From positions 1-58,289 of the forward strand of contig DATBLY010000068.1 of NCBI GenBank assembly GCA_036555125.1: a DNA stretch of 58,289 bases, given 5' to 3'. Source of the DNA: Actinomycetota bacterium. Its GTDB lineage: Bacteria > Actinomycetota > UBA4738 > HRBIN12. The notes under the pieces are model-generated. The model saw only the letters and a program-made list of their open reading frames with translations, was not told the origin of the DNA and searched no databases. The position numbers and the translations under genes are program-made. The first letter of the stretch is position 1. Each line of letters begins with the position of its first letter. Positions 23,727-33,431 of this stretch are shown in pieces.

Positions 23727-23855
23727 CGGATCCTGCCTGACGGGATGGTCGAACCGACGGGGAGTTCGCCGGTCCGACGATGATAACGATTCACCCGGTT
23801 CCCGCACGAGCAACCGTCGCGTCGGCGGGGGATGTTCCCGCAACGCCCCCGATCC

Positions 23856-25241
23856 CTACACCGGGTCCGGGACCGGCACGCCCATCGCGAGCGCGTAGGT
23901 GGAGAGCCCGCTGTTCCCGAGCGAGGTGGACGCCGCCAGCGCGAGGACGGGGCCGTCGGCCGCGACCAGGATCGCGGCATCCGGCGCGCCGGCCCAGAAG
24001 CCCGCCGGGACCTGCAGCGCCCGTCCGGCCTCGATCCGCACGACGAGATCGTCCGGGCCGCCGGCCGCGAGCACTCGCAGCGTGACGGTCACCGGATCGT
24101 TCCCGGGATCGACGAGGATCAGGCCCGGGACGACCGGCTCGCCGATCGTCGCCGGCAGGACGACCCAGCGCTGCGCCGGAGCCCGCGCGCCGCCCGTCGC
24201 GGCCCAGTCGTTGCCGACGCCGATCGCCCGGAGGGCGGCCGACACCTGCGCGTCACCCTGCGTCACCACACCCACCGAGCCCGGGCCCTCGACCGGGATC
24301 GGGTACGTGGCCGCCGACGCCGGCCCCTGCCCGGCTTCGGTGAGCCCGCCGGCGGGGGTCGCCTCGTCCCCGGAGAGCAGCGTCGCGCCGAACTGCACCG
24401 GTTCCTCGCCCGGCACCATCAGCGAGAGCACGGTCTGGCCGGCTCCCGCACCGACCGGGAGGAACGCGGTCGACGCGAGCGCGTCCGACGCGAGGCTCGC
24501 CCGGATCCCACCGTCGCGTCCGATCCCGAGGCTCGCGACCGCGACGCGCCCGATCGACGCGTCGACCTCGGAGCCCAGCGCCGCCTCACCGAGCGCCAAC
24601 GTGTTCAGCCGGATCGCGCGGCTGCGATGCGCCGGCAGGATCACGTCGTTGACCGCGGAGTCGCGGATCGGGGCCCGGGTCTTCGTCAGCAGGACCACGT
24701 CGAACGCCGCGGGCGTGTCGAAGGGGTTCATCACGACGAGGTAGGCGTCCTGTCCCTGCTCGGTCGTCCCGTCGGGCGCGTACCACCGTTGGCCCGCGGA
24801 CGCGGCGCAGGGCTCGGACGCCACCCCGATCTCGCCGGCCCCCCCCTGGGCGACCCAGCCGGCGGCGAGCCAGCCACCGAAGAACTCCACGAACGTCGAG
24901 GCGGCGCGGGTCTTCGCGACGACGTCGACCGTCCGCGTCGTCCCCGGATCGACCGTGACGGTGACGGGCTTGCGCGGGCGTCCCGACGTGAGCGCCGTCA
25001 GCCGGGCCGTCACCGGGGCGTCTCCCGGGTTCGCGAGGTGGATCTGGACCTGCCACTTCGGCCCGCCGCCGTGCGGACACGACCATGCCCCGGAGGTGGC
25101 GACCCCGGGCTCCGGGCCGCCCTCGGGCGATGTCCCGAGCCCTCGTTCGAGCGCGAAGCCCCCGCCCACCACGACCACGACGGTCAGCAGCGCCAGCCAC
25201 CCCTGCCCCCGTGCCCGGTCGCGGTGACGCTCGGCCCTCAC
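23856..25241 (-). CDS. DUF5719-like secreted/anchored protein partnered with the large GT2
   Basis: I trimmed the 554-aa ORF to the GTG overlapping the GT2 stop (GTGA). It has an N-terminal TM (WLALLTVVVVVGGGF) followed by a long beta-rich region. The family call is from memory of actinobacterial synteny. Confidence 0.55.
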   Translation of the reverse strand: MRAERHRDRARGQGWLALLTVVVVVGGGFALERGLGTSPEGGPEPGVATSGAWSCPHGGGPKWQVQIHLANPGDAPVTARLTALTSGRPRKPVTVTVDPGTTRTVDVVAKTRAASTFVEFFGGWLAAGWVAQGGAGEIGVASEPCAASAGQRWYAPDGTTEQGQDAYLVVMNPFDTPAAFDVVLLTKTRAPIRDSAVNDVILPAHRSRAIRLNTLALGEAALGSEVDASIGRVAVASLGIGRDGGIRASLASDALASTAFLPVGAGAGQTVLSLMVPGEEPVQFGATLLSGDEATPAGGLTEAGQGPASAATYPIPVEGPGSVGVVTQGDAQVSAALRAIGVGNDWAATGGARAPAQRWVVLPATIGEPVVPGLILVDPGNDPVTVTLRVLAAGGPDDLVVRIEAGRALQVPAGFWAGAPDAAILVAADGPVLALAASTSLGNSGLSTYALAMGVPVPDPV

Positions 25242-28200
25242 GGCTGCGTCCCCGGGCTCACCGGCTCGTACCGGGAGACGGGCTTGCGCGTGATCCAGAG
25301 CGCCGCGAGCCACAGGACCGCCAGCAGCACGATCTCGACGGTCCGGATCGCCTGCGCGGTGTAGCGGATGCGGAGTGCCCCTGCCTCGGCGGGGAACGAG
25401 ATCGACCAGCCGAAGGACACGCGAGAAGGGACGGCTCGCTCGGTCGCGATCAGCTCCCAATCCGGGTCGAAGGCGTCGCCGATCTGGACGATGCCGTCGG
25501 TGGGGGCGACGCCCTGCCATCCGCCCTCGACCGCCCGCAGCGGTACCGCGGTCGACGGCGGGATCGCCGCGATCGTCGCGAGATCCGCCGACGTGATCGT
25601 CCCGGCGTCCGACCCGGGGAGCACCGCCGCGGGCGGCATCGCGGCCCCGTTGCGATAGATCCTCAGACCCTTCTCGAGGACGAGGTCCAGGTCGACCTGT
25701 CGGTCGAGCAGGTCGGCGGCCGCCGGCGGCAGGTCGCCGCCCTCGGCCACGACGAACCGGACGCCGAGCGGCGCGAGCAAGGCGCCGCCGTGCTCCGTCG
25801 TCCCCGACAGGATCTCGTTCAGCGCCTCCTGGACGTAGGCGGCTCCTCCCCCGTTCACGGTGCGCCCGGTATCGATCGCCACGATGCCGTCGCGACCGGT
25901 CAGCGCGTAGCGGATCGTCGCCGGGCCCGCGGGCGCGACCGCCTGGGGGTCGCCACCCGGAGCGGGGAACCGGCGCTCATCATCGGCGCCGACCCACAGG
26001 ACGCGGAAGTCCCCACGCGCCTCGCTCGCGGTGACGGCCCAGGCCGCCGGCACGGCCGCCGGACCGCCCACGGCCCACCCCCCGACCATCGCGCTCGCCG
26101 CCTGAAGGAAGATCCCGGCGCCCAGCACGATCGCGAGCACACCGGTCGCGATCTGGCGCAGGCCGAAGGACTCGCGCCCCAGACCCCCCAGCGCCGACGC
26201 GAGGCCGAACCCGATCACGAACGCCTCGCCGACGGCGGCGAGCGACAGGTAGACGGGCGCGTTCGTGAGCGCGACCGGGAGGTACCCCGCGCTCCCGAGC
26301 CACGCGAGGGCCAGACCGGCCACCGCGCCAAGGATCGCGCGACCCGCAGCCCCCCGGTACCGCGGTCCGACCAGGGCGAACGCGACGACCGCGGCGATCG
26401 GCAGGAACGCGGCCACCACCCAGGTCCCCGGACCCCCACCGAGCGCCAGGCGGCCGAGATCGCCCAGGTCGGTGGTGCCGATCCCGGATCCGAGCGCCGC
26501 GCCGTCGTCCGCGAGGATCGTCGGGACGAAGGGGAAGAGCAGGAGCCCGGCGAGCACGACCGACCCCGCAGCGAGGACGACCCCGCGTCCGCGGGAGCGC
26601 CCGAACACGATCTGGATCGCGAGCATCACCGCGACGGCGATCACGACGCCCGGAACGAAGGCGGCCGCGAACGCGATCGTGACGCCCAGGCCCGCGGCGA
26701 AGCGCCATGGCCCCCCCGCTGGGGCATCCGGTCCGAAGGCGACCTCCAGTCGCTCGGCGATCGCGGGGAGCACCGCGATCGCGACGAGCGAGGCGATCCG
26801 CCCATCGGAGAACGACCAGAGCACGAGCGCCGACATGACGTACGCGGAGGCGGCCACGACGGCCGCGCCGGGCCGCGCCGTGAGGCGGGCGATCGCACGG
26901 TACGCCAGGACGCCGGCCAGCACCACGCCGCCGGCGAGCATGACCTTCTGCGCGATCGCGGTGCTGCCGAACGCCACCCAGGAGATCCCCCCCATCGCCC
27001 CCAGCGCCGGGCTCGCGGGCAGCGTGCCTCCGAGCGGCGTCGTCCGGAAGCCGGAGACGAGCTCCGCGAAGAACCCACGGAACGATCCGGGGAACGCCGG
27101 CAGCGCCCCGCCCGCCAGCGGCTCGGGGCCGATCAGCTGTCGGAACGCGACCGCCCCGATCAGGACGGCGAAGAACGACGCCACGAACACCGGGTGCCGC
27201 CCCACCAGCGACGCCGTCCGGTCCCGCAGCCGACGACCCGCCGAGACCTCGGCGTCCTCTTCGTCGATCTCGCGTTGCTCGTCGAGGATCCGCCCCGCGG
27301 ATTCGAACCATCTCGGCAGCCGCAACCCCCCGGTGTCCATGAACCGGCGGAGCTCCCGGTCGGGGACGCTTCGGACGGACTGCGCCTTCACGCGGCGCGC
27401 GAGCGTTCCCGGGAGGTGGATCAGGTTCCATCCCCACGCCGCCAGCAGGTCGAACGATTCCTCGAAGCGACGGGACAGCAGGAGGAAGATCAGCCGCACG
27501 AAGGACAGGAGCAGGTCGACGGGCAGGAGCCACAGCAGCGAGATCACCGAGGCGTTCTTGAGCAGCGACGCGAGCGCCGCGCGATCCTCGTAGTAGCGCT
27601 CGCTCCGGCGGCGCTGGCGCTCCCGCCGCTCTCCCGTCGCGCCGGACCGGCGATGGCGCGCCCGCGCCAGCGGGGTCATCAGCACCTTGAAGCCCGCGAG
27701 GCGCACGCGCCAACACAGATCGAGGTCGTCGTGCCTGGCGTCGAGCCGCTCGTCGAACAGCCCGACCCGGGTCCACGCCTCTCGGGAGATCAGCATGGCG
27801 CACGACGAGACGCAGAGCACCTCGAGCACCCGATCGAACTGACCCTGGTCGATCTCGCCGGGCTGCAACGGCGTGTAGGGATGTCCGAACCGGTCCGCGG
27901 AGCGGCCCACGTCGAGCAGGAGGTGAGGGTCTCGCCAGTCGACGACCTTCGCCCCCACCACGCCGACGTCCTCGACGCCGATGTCGTGGGCCGCCTCCAC
28001 CATGCGCGCGACCGCGTCCGGATCGAGGGCCGTGTCGTCGTGCAGGACCAGGAGATGGTCGGCCTCGCGCGCGGCGGGGATCGTGAGCGCGGCCCGCATC
28101 GCACCGGCGAACCCCGCTCGCTCGCGCAGCGCGATCACGCGGCGTTCTCCGAGGGCCTGCGTCAGGATCTCGACCGTTCCGTCACCGGACGCGTCGTCCA

Positions 28201-28345
28201 CGGCCACGATGCCCAGACGTGGGTACCGCTGCTCGGCGAGCGCTGTCAGGCATCCGCGGAGCCAACCCGTCGCGTCACGCGTCACCAGGACGACGAGGAC
28301 GGAGGGCACGCGCTCGGACGGGGTGTCGGTGGGAGATCCAGTCAT
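25238..28345 (-). CDS. Family-2 glycosyltransferase fused to a large polytopic membrane domain
   Basis: The 1035-aa ORF has an N-terminal GT-A fold (VLVVLVTRDA...VAVDDASGDGT...LHDD...) followed by more than 10 TM helices and a C-terminal extracytoplasmic domain. Confidence 0.85.
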   Translation of the reverse strand: MTGSPTDTPSERVPSVLVVLVTRDATGWLRGCLTALAEQRYPRLGIVAVDDASGDGTVEILTQALGERRVIALRERAGFAGAMRAALTIPAAREADHLLVLHDDTALDPDAVARMVEAAHDIGVEDVGVVGAKVVDWRDPHLLLDVGRSADRFGHPYTPLQPGEIDQGQFDRVLEVLCVSSCAMLISREAWTRVGLFDERLDARHDDLDLCWRVRLAGFKVLMTPLARARHRRSGATGERRERQRRRSERYYEDRAALASLLKNASVISLLWLLPVDLLLSFVRLIFLLLSRRFEESFDLLAAWGWNLIHLPGTLARRVKAQSVRSVPDRELRRFMDTGGLRLPRWFESAGRILDEQREIDEEDAEVSAGRRLRDRTASLVGRHPVFVASFFAVLIGAVAFRQLIGPEPLAGGALPAFPGSFRGFFAELVSGFRTTPLGGTLPASPALGAMGGISWVAFGSTAIAQKVMLAGGVVLAGVLAYRAIARLTARPGAAVVAASAYVMSALVLWSFSDGRIASLVAIAVLPAIAERLEVAFGPDAPAGGPWRFAAGLGVTIAFAAAFVPGVVIAVAVMLAIQIVFGRSRGRGVVLAAGSVVLAGLLLFPFVPTILADDGAALGSGIGTTDLGDLGRLALGGGPGTWVVAAFLPIAAVVAFALVGPRYRGAAGRAILGAVAGLALAWLGSAGYLPVALTNAPVYLSLAAVGEAFVIGFGLASALGGLGRESFGLRQIATGVLAIVLGAGIFLQAASAMVGGWAVGGPAAVPAAWAVTASEARGDFRVLWVGADDERRFPAPGGDPQAVAPAGPATIRYALTGRDGIVAIDTGRTVNGGGAAYVQEALNEILSGTTEHGGALLAPLGVRFVVAEGGDLPPAAADLLDRQVDLDLVLEKGLRIYRNGAAMPPAAVLPGSDAGTITSADLATIAAIPPSTAVPLRAVEGGWQGVAPTDGIVQIGDAFDPDWELIATERAVPSRVSFGWSISFPAEAGALRIRYTAQAIRTVEIVLLAVLWLAALWITRKPVSRYEPVSPGTQP

Positions 28346-28403
28346 CGCGTACGCGGGTTCCCGCGCGGCGCGGAGCCTAGCACGGGCCCCGGAGCGGACA
28401 GCG

Positions 28404-28427
28404 GAAGGGGGCCCGAAGGCCCCCTTC
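28404..28427 (-). terminator. Hairpin downstream of the whiB / basic-repeat transcription unit
   Basis: GAAGGGGGCC-CGAA-GGCCCCCTTC gives a 10-bp stem. It lies 19 nt past the stop at 28446. Confidence 0.55.
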
Positions 28428-28445
28428 GACGCCGAGCGGCCGCGA

Positions 28446-28766
28446 TCAGCGCTTGCGCGCTGCGGGCTTGCGGGCGGCCGTCTTCTTGCGAGCCGCGGGC
28501 TTGCGCGCGGCCGTCTTCTTGCGTGCGGCCGGCTTGCGCGCGGCCGTCTTCTTGCGGGCTGCGGGCTTGCGAGCTGCGACCTTCTTGCGGGCCGCGCCGA
28601 CCTTCCGCCGGGCCGTCGTCTTCTTCGCGGCGACCTTCTTACGCGCGGCCGTCTTCTTCGCGGCGACCTTCCGCCGGGCCGTCGTCTTCCTCGCGGCGGG
28701 CTTGCGTGCGGCCGTCTTCTTGCGTGCGGCCGGTCTCTTGGCCGCCGGCTTCCTGGCTGCTGCCAT
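28446..28766 (-). CDS. Histone H1/AlgP-like lysine-arginine-alanine repeat protein (stand-alone)
   Basis: The 106-aa ORF is made almost only of A/K/R/T/P/V, with AARKPAARKKT units encoded by about 33-nt tandem DNA repeats. A strong SD (AAGGGGGAGGGA) precedes the ATG, and a hairpin follows the stop. Confidence 0.75.
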   Translation of the reverse strand: MAAARKPAAKRPAARKKTAARKPAARKTTARRKVAAKKTAARKKVAAKKTTARRKVGAARKKVAARKPAARKKTAARKPAARKKTAARKPAARKKTAARKPAARKR

Positions 28767-28791
28767 TCCCTCCCCCTTTCCTACGCCCGAG

Positions 28792-29019
28792 TCACGACGC
28801 CATGCGCTTGAGGCGGCGCCGTTCCCGTTCGCTCATCCCGCCCCACACGCCGTACCGCTCGTCGCGTCGCAGGGCGTAGTTCAGGCATTCGATCCGAACG
28901 GGACACTCGCTGCAGATCCTCTTGGCCTCCCGCGATGAGCCTCCCTTCTCGGGGAAGAAGATCTCCGGGTCGTAGTCACGACACCGCGCTCGCTCCTGCC
29001 AAGGGATGTAATGGTGCAC
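28792..29019 (-). CDS. whiB: WhiB-family Fe-S transcription factor
   Basis: The 75-aa ORF has four Cys (ARCRD...CSECPVRIEC), followed by YGVWGG and a basic tail. The GTG start has GGGGGGAG upstream. Confidence 0.92.
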   Translation of the reverse strand: MHHYIPWQERARCRDYDPEIFFPEKGGSSREAKRICSECPVRIECLNYALRRDERYGVWGGMSERERRRLKRMAS

Positions 29020-29035
29020 TCCGGTCTCCCCCCGA

Positions 29036-29053
29036 AATCACATGCGTGTGATT
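29036..29053. promoter_or_regulatory. Perfect inverted repeat AATCACA-N4-TGTGATT just upstream of whiB
   Basis: The repeat is 18 bp with 7-bp arms and ends 17 nt upstream of the whiB GTG. It overlaps a candidate TTGCCA-N18-CAGAAT promoter (29051..29080, minus strand). Confidence 0.4.
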
Positions 29054-29230
29054 CTGAGGGAAGAACGCCCTCGGTGGCAAGACCTTTTTCCGAGGACGTT
29101 CCCTGCCTCACATCCCTCAGTGCTGATCTACGCCATCATCGTGTCGACCGGAGCGGACGCATGCAAGTGCTCCAACCGAGAAATCGGGTCGTCTATCTCC
29201 TTGACGATATCGGTCAGGCTACTTGACGAT

Positions 29231-31702
29231 TCACACCCCGACGGCGACGCGTTCGTACGTCGTCGTGCGCACGGCGGGGATCCGGCCGATCGCGCGGATC
29301 GCGGCATCGAACCCCGACGGCTCCATCGCGATCCCGTGATCGGCACCGGCCATGCGGCTGATCGTCTCCTCCATCAACGTTCCGCCGAAGTCGTTCGCGC
29401 CCGATCGCAGGATCGCCTGACACGCCTCGACGCCGAGCTTCACCCATGACACCTGGATGTTCGGGATCAACCCGTCGAGGAGGATGCGAGCCACCGCGTG
29501 CATCCGGAGGCTGTCCTCGAACGACGGGCCGGGGCGAGCAGCCCCGGCGAGGTAGATCGGCGCGTTCTGATGGACGAACGGGAGCGGGACGAACTCCGTG
29601 AAGCCTCCGGTGTCGGCCTGGATCCGGCCGATCCGTCGCAGGTGCGCGACCCAGTGTTCGGGACGGTCGACGTGGCCGAACATGATGGTCGAGCTGCTGC
29701 GGATCCCCAGGTCGTGAGCGGTCCGGACGATCTGCTCCCAGGTGTCGGCCGGCAGCTTGCCCTTGGTGAGCAGCCATCGGATCTCGTCGTCGAGGATCTC
29801 GGCCGCGGTCCCGGGGATCGTCCCGAGCCCGCGAGCGCGGCACTCCTGCAGGAACTCGCGGAACGAGATCCCCAGCCGGGTGGCGCCGTTGAGGATCTCC
29901 ATCGGACTGAACGCGTGGATGTGCATCCGTGGGGTGCGCCGCTTCACCGCGTCGAGGAGCTCGAAGTAGAAGGTCCCCGGGAGGTCGGGGTGGATCCCAC
30001 CCTGCATGCAGACCTCCGTCGCGCCGACGAGCCACGCCTCCTCGGCCCGGTCGGCCACCTGATCGAGGGTCAAGGTGTACGACTCCGGGTCGACCTCGCG
30101 CTGCGCGAACGCGCAGAACCGGCAGCCCACGTAGCAGACGTTCGTGAAGTTGATGTTCCGATTGATCACGTAGGTGACCTCGTCGCCGACCGCGTCGTGG
30201 CGGAGGTCATCCGCGACCCGGCAGAGGCGGTCGAGGTCGCGCCCCTCGGCCGCGAAGAGCGCGAGCGCCGCGGCGTCGTCGATCGGCCGTCCCTGCGCGG
30301 CTCGCGCGAGCGTCGTCCCGATCGACCGCGAACCGGCGGCGGAGCGTCCGGCGGCTCGCGTCAACGAGCCGAGCGCCGCGACCTCGTCGAGGTCCCCGTA
30401 GATCAGCTCGGCGTCGGCCCGAAGGCCGGCGTCCGCACCCTTGGCGAACGTGAGCGACGTCGTCCGGGCCTTCCAGGTCACGTCGGGGTCCTGCCACGCG
30501 ATCGGCTCCGCCCGGGCGCCCGCTCTCGCCCGGCCGTCCGGCCCCATCAGGGCCGCGACCGGAGCGCGCATCTTCCCGGCCAGGAACGGGTCGGGACGGA
30601 GCGCGTACCCGGGATGGATCGCCAACCGCTCGCGGAGCTCCAGGCCACGCCCCGCCGTGGTGGCCGCGAGGGCCTCGATCGCCGGCCAGGGACGCTCGGG
30701 GTTCACGTGATCCGGCGTCAGCGGTGACACGCCGCCCCAATCGTCGATGCCGGCGTCGAGCAGGCGCGACCGCTGATCGGGATCCGACAGGTTCGGCGGC
30801 GCCTGCACGTGCATCGCGGCGCCGAAGACGACGCGGGTGGTCGCGACGGCCGCCAGGAACTCCTCATCCGGAGGCTCCGGCGCCGCCTGCATCGCCGTGC
30901 CCGCCTTCGCGCGGAAGTTCTGCACGATGACCTCCTGCACGTGGCGGTGCCGCCGGTGCGCGTCGCGCAGCGCGAACAACGAGGCCGCGCGCTCGCGGAG
31001 GGTCTCGCCGATCCCGACGAGGATCCCGGACGTGAACGGGATCGCGAGGCGACCCGCGTCCTCGATCGTCCGCGATCGGACCGCCGGGGCCTTGTCCGGC
31101 GACCCGAAGTGCGGACCGCCGCGCTCGGAGAGCCGCTCGGACGACGTCTCGAGCATGATCCCCATCGATGCGCTCACGTGCTTCAGGCTCGCGAGCTCTT
31201 CGTAGGACATGACGCCGGGGTTCAGGTGCGGCAGCAGCCCGGTCTCCTCGATCACGCGGATCGCGGCGGCGCGCACGTACTCGAGCGTGGTACGGAACCC
31301 GCGCGCGGCCAGCCAGTCCCGCGCCTGCGGGTACCGCTCCTCGGGACGATCGCCGAGCGTGAAGAGCGCTTCCTTGCAGCCGATCCGGCGGCCGGCCTCG
31401 GCGATCTCGACGACCTCCTCCGGCGTCAGGAACGGGCGGTCGAGCCTGGCGGGAGGCTTCGCGAAGGTGCAGTAGTGGCAGTGGTCCCGGCAGAGCATCG
31501 TCAGCGGGATGAACACCTTGCGGGAGTACGTGACGATCCGGCCGTGCCCGAGGTCCCGCAGGCCCGCGGCGATCGACATCAGGCGGGCGAGGTCGGCGCC
31601 GCGGGCGGCGAGGAGGGTCGCGGTCTCGTCGACGGAGAGCGACTTCCCGGTCTCGGCCCGCGCGAGCGCCCGCCGGAGCTCGTGGGCGCTCGCCTCGGGC
31701 AT
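29231..31702 (-). CDS. fbiC: FO synthase (fused CofG/CofH radical-SAM domains), F420 biosynthesis
   Basis: There are two radical-SAM CxxxCxxC motifs ([10 protein letters not shown] and [10 protein letters not shown]). I trimmed to the ATG ([13 protein letters not shown]...) because the longer ORF would overlap divergent cofD. Confidence 0.92.
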   Translation of the reverse strand: MPEASAHELRRALARAETGKSLSVDETATLLAARGADLARLMSIAAGLRDLGHGRIVTYSRKVFIPLTMLCRDHCHYCTFAKPPARLDRPFLTPEEVVEIAEAGRRIGCKEALFTLGDRPEERYPQARDWLAARGFRTTLEYVRAAAIRVIEETGLLPHLNPGVMSYEELASLKHVSASMGIMLETSSERLSERGGPHFGSPDKAPAVRSRTIEDAGRLAIPFTSGILVGIGETLRERAASLFALRDAHRRHRHVQEVIVQNFRAKAGTAMQAAPEPPDEEFLAAVATTRVVFGAAMHVQAPPNLSDPDQRSRLLDAGIDDWGGVSPLTPDHVNPERPWPAIEALAATTAGRGLELRERLAIHPGYALRPDPFLAGKMRAPVAALMGPDGRARAGARAEPIAWQDPDVTWKARTTSLTFAKGADAGLRADAELIYGDLDEVAALGSLTRAAGRSAAGSRSIGTTLARAAQGRPIDDAAALALFAAEGRDLDRLCRVADDLRHDAVGDEVTYVINRNINFTNVCYVGCRFCAFAQREVDPESYTLTLDQVADRAEEAWLVGATEVCMQGGIHPDLPGTFYFELLDAVKRRTPRMHIHAFSPMEILNGATRLGISFREFLQECRARGLGTIPGTAAEILDDEIRWLLTKGKLPADTWEQIVRTAHDLGIRSSSTIMFGHVDRPEHWVAHLRRIGRIQADTGGFTEFVPLPFVHQNAPIYLAGAARPGPSFEDSLRMHAVARILLDGLIPNIQVSWVKLGVEACQAILRSGANDFGGTLMEETISRMAGADHGIAMEPSGFDAAIRAIGRIPAVRTTTYERVAVGV

Positions 31703-31730
31703 GGCGGCGAGCCTACTACGCTCTCCCGCC

Positions 31731-32675
31731 ATGAAGACGCTCGCGTTGGCGGGTGGGGTCGGCGCCGGCAAGTTCCTGCGGGGACTCGCCCGGGTCGTGC
31801 CGAGCGAGGACCTCACGGTCGTCGTGAACGTCGCCGACGACATCGCGATCCACGGCCTCCACGTGTCTCCCGACCCCGACTCGGTCACCTACTGGCTCGG
31901 GGGTGTGTTCGACCGCGAGCGGGGCTGGGGGCGTCGGGACGAGACGTTCCGCGCGACGGACGAACTGCGGGCGTTCGGGTCCGAGGATGCGTGGTTCAGC
32001 CTCGGAGACCTCGACCTCGCGACGCATCTGTTCCGCACCGATCGGCTGGCGCGCGGCGACCGACCCTCGGAGGTGACCGCGGCGATCGCCCGGCGGTTCG
32101 GCGTCACGGCAGCGATCGTCCCCGCGACCGACGATCCGCTCGTCACGCGGATCGACGCGGTGGATCCCGACGGCAACGAGCGCGACCTGCACTTCCAGGA
32201 GTACTGGGTCAGGCGCCGAGCGGTGGATCGGGTGAAGGCCGTGCGCTACGAGGGGGCGGCGGCCGCGCGGCCGGGGCCGGGCGTCCTGGAGGCGATCGCC
32301 GCGGCGGACGTGGTCGTGATCTGCCCGTCCAACCCCGTCGTCTCGATCGGACCGATCCTGGCGGTGCCGGGGATCCGCGACGCGGTGGCGGCGCGACGAG
32401 CGGTCGTCACGGGCGTGAGCGGGATCGTGGGCGGCGCCCCGGTCGCCGGCATGGCCGACCGGCTGATGCCGGCGGCGGGCATCGAGGTGAGCGCGGCCGG
32501 GGTCGCCGAGGCCTACCGCGACCTCCTGGGCGGTTGGCTCGTCGACGAGCGGGATCGCGCGCTGTTGCCCAGGATCGCGGCGCTCGGGATCCGCACCGCC
32601 GTCGAGGACACGATCATGGTCGACGACGGACGAGCCGAGGCGGTGGCCCGCGCGGCGCTGGACCTGGTCGCGTGA
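31731..32675 (+). CDS. cofD: 2-phospho-L-lactate (or EPPG) transferase CofD/FbiA
   Basis: The sequence starts [19 protein letters not shown]... and continues ...[13 protein letters not shown]...[15 protein letters not shown] trimmed the track ORF 31509..32675 to this start. Confidence 0.9.
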   Translation: MKTLALAGGVGAGKFLRGLARVVPSEDLTVVVNVADDIAIHGLHVSPDPDSVTYWLGGVFDRERGWGRRDETFRATDELRAFGSEDAWFSLGDLDLATHLFRTDRLARGDRPSEVTAAIARRFGVTAAIVPATDDPLVTRIDAVDPDGNERDLHFQEYWVRRRAVDRVKAVRYEGAAAARPGPGVLEAIAAADVVVICPSNPVVSIGPILAVPGIRDAVAARRAVVTGVSGIVGGAPVAGMADRLMPAAGIEVSAAGVAEAYRDLLGGWLVDERDRALLPRIAALGIRTAVEDTIMVDDGRAEAVARAALDLVA

Positions 32676-33382
32676 CGCTCCGCATCGAACCCCTCGTCGG
32701 ATTGCCCGAGGTCCGGCCTGGCGACGACCTCGCCGGCCTCCTGGCCGAGCCGCTGCGCACGTTGGGCCCGGAGCCGACGGACGTCGTCGTCGTCACCCAG
32801 AAGATCGTCTCCAAGGCCGAAGGCCGGGTCGTCCCGGTGGACGCGGACGACGCGGGGGCCTGGATCGAGCGGGAGACCGTCCGCGTGGTGGCACGGCGCG
32901 GAGACCTGGTCGTCGCCGAGACCCGGCACGGCTTCGTGTGCGCGAACGCGGGCGTCGACGCTTCCAACGTCGATGCCGGCACGGTGTCGCTCCTGCCCGA
33001 GGATCCCGACGCGTCCGCGGACCGGATCCGCCGGGGCCTGCACGAGCGGCTCGGAACGTGGGTCGGGCTCGTGATCACCGACACGTTCGGCCGGCCCTGG
33101 CGCAACGGCGTCGTGAACGTCGCGATCGGCTGCGCCGGTCTCCCCGCGATCGTCGATCTCCGCGGGACACCGGACGATCGAGGTCGGACCCTCGAGACGA
33201 CGGTGGTGGCGCTGGCCGACGAGATCGCCGCGGCGGGCGGTCTCGTGATGGGCAAGGCGGCGCGCATCCCGGCGGCGGTGGTGCGGGGGCTCGAGGTCCC
33301 GGCCGGACCGCCGGGACGCGCGCGGGACCTCGTGCGACCGGCCGAGGAGGACCTGTTCCGCACCGGGACGATCGAGCCGTGA
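32672..33382 (+). CDS. cofE: F420-0:gamma-glutamyl ligase CofE (single-domain)
   Basis: The 236-aa product's GTG start overlaps the cofD stop (GTGA). The sequence reads ...[14 protein letters not shown]...[14 protein letters not shown]...[10 protein letters not shown]. Confidence 0.88.
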   Translation: MTLRIEPLVGLPEVRPGDDLAGLLAEPLRTLGPEPTDVVVVTQKIVSKAEGRVVPVDADDAGAWIERETVRVVARRGDLVVAETRHGFVCANAGVDASNVDAGTVSLLPEDPDASADRIRRGLHERLGTWVGLVITDTFGRPWRNGVVNVAIGCAGLPAIVDLRGTPDDRGRTLETTVVALADEIAAAGGLVMGKAARIPAAVVRGLEVPAGPPGRARDLVRPAEEDLFRTGTIEP

Positions 33383-33419
33383 CGCGCGGAGGGCGGCCCC
33401 GGGGCCGCCCTCCGCGCGT
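33382..33419. terminator. Bidirectional hairpin between convergent cofE and the purine permease gene
   Basis: ACGCGCGGAGGGCGGCC-CCGG-GGCCGCCCTCCGCGCGT forms a perfect 17-bp stem. Confidence 0.6.
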
Positions 33420-33431
33420 GAGGCCGATCCG

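Noticed and set aside
23727-23855. An ECF-sigma-like promoter (GGAAC...CGTC) and a possible ydaO-type riboswitch upstream of the L,D-transpeptidase gene.
   Set aside because: The spacing is 18 nt with GTC rather than GTT. I could not find the conserved ydaO helices or ACGGGGA/CCCG motifs in a consistent arrangement. The evidence is too weak to report.
28446-28766. Tandem repeats of about 33 nt that could be mistaken for a CRISPR array or a non-coding satellite.
   Set aside because: The repeats are contiguous, with no unique spacers, and are imperfect at the DNA level. They maintain one open frame with a strong SD, an ATG and a stop, encoding K/R/A repeats.
29036-29053. Possible CRP/FNR-type site, because of the TGTGA/TCACA half-sites upstream of a whiB gene.
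   Set aside because: The arrangement is TCACA-N4-TGTGA (half-sites inverted, 4-nt spacer), not the TGTGA-N6-TCACA consensus. I keep it only as a generic operator or hairpin candidate.
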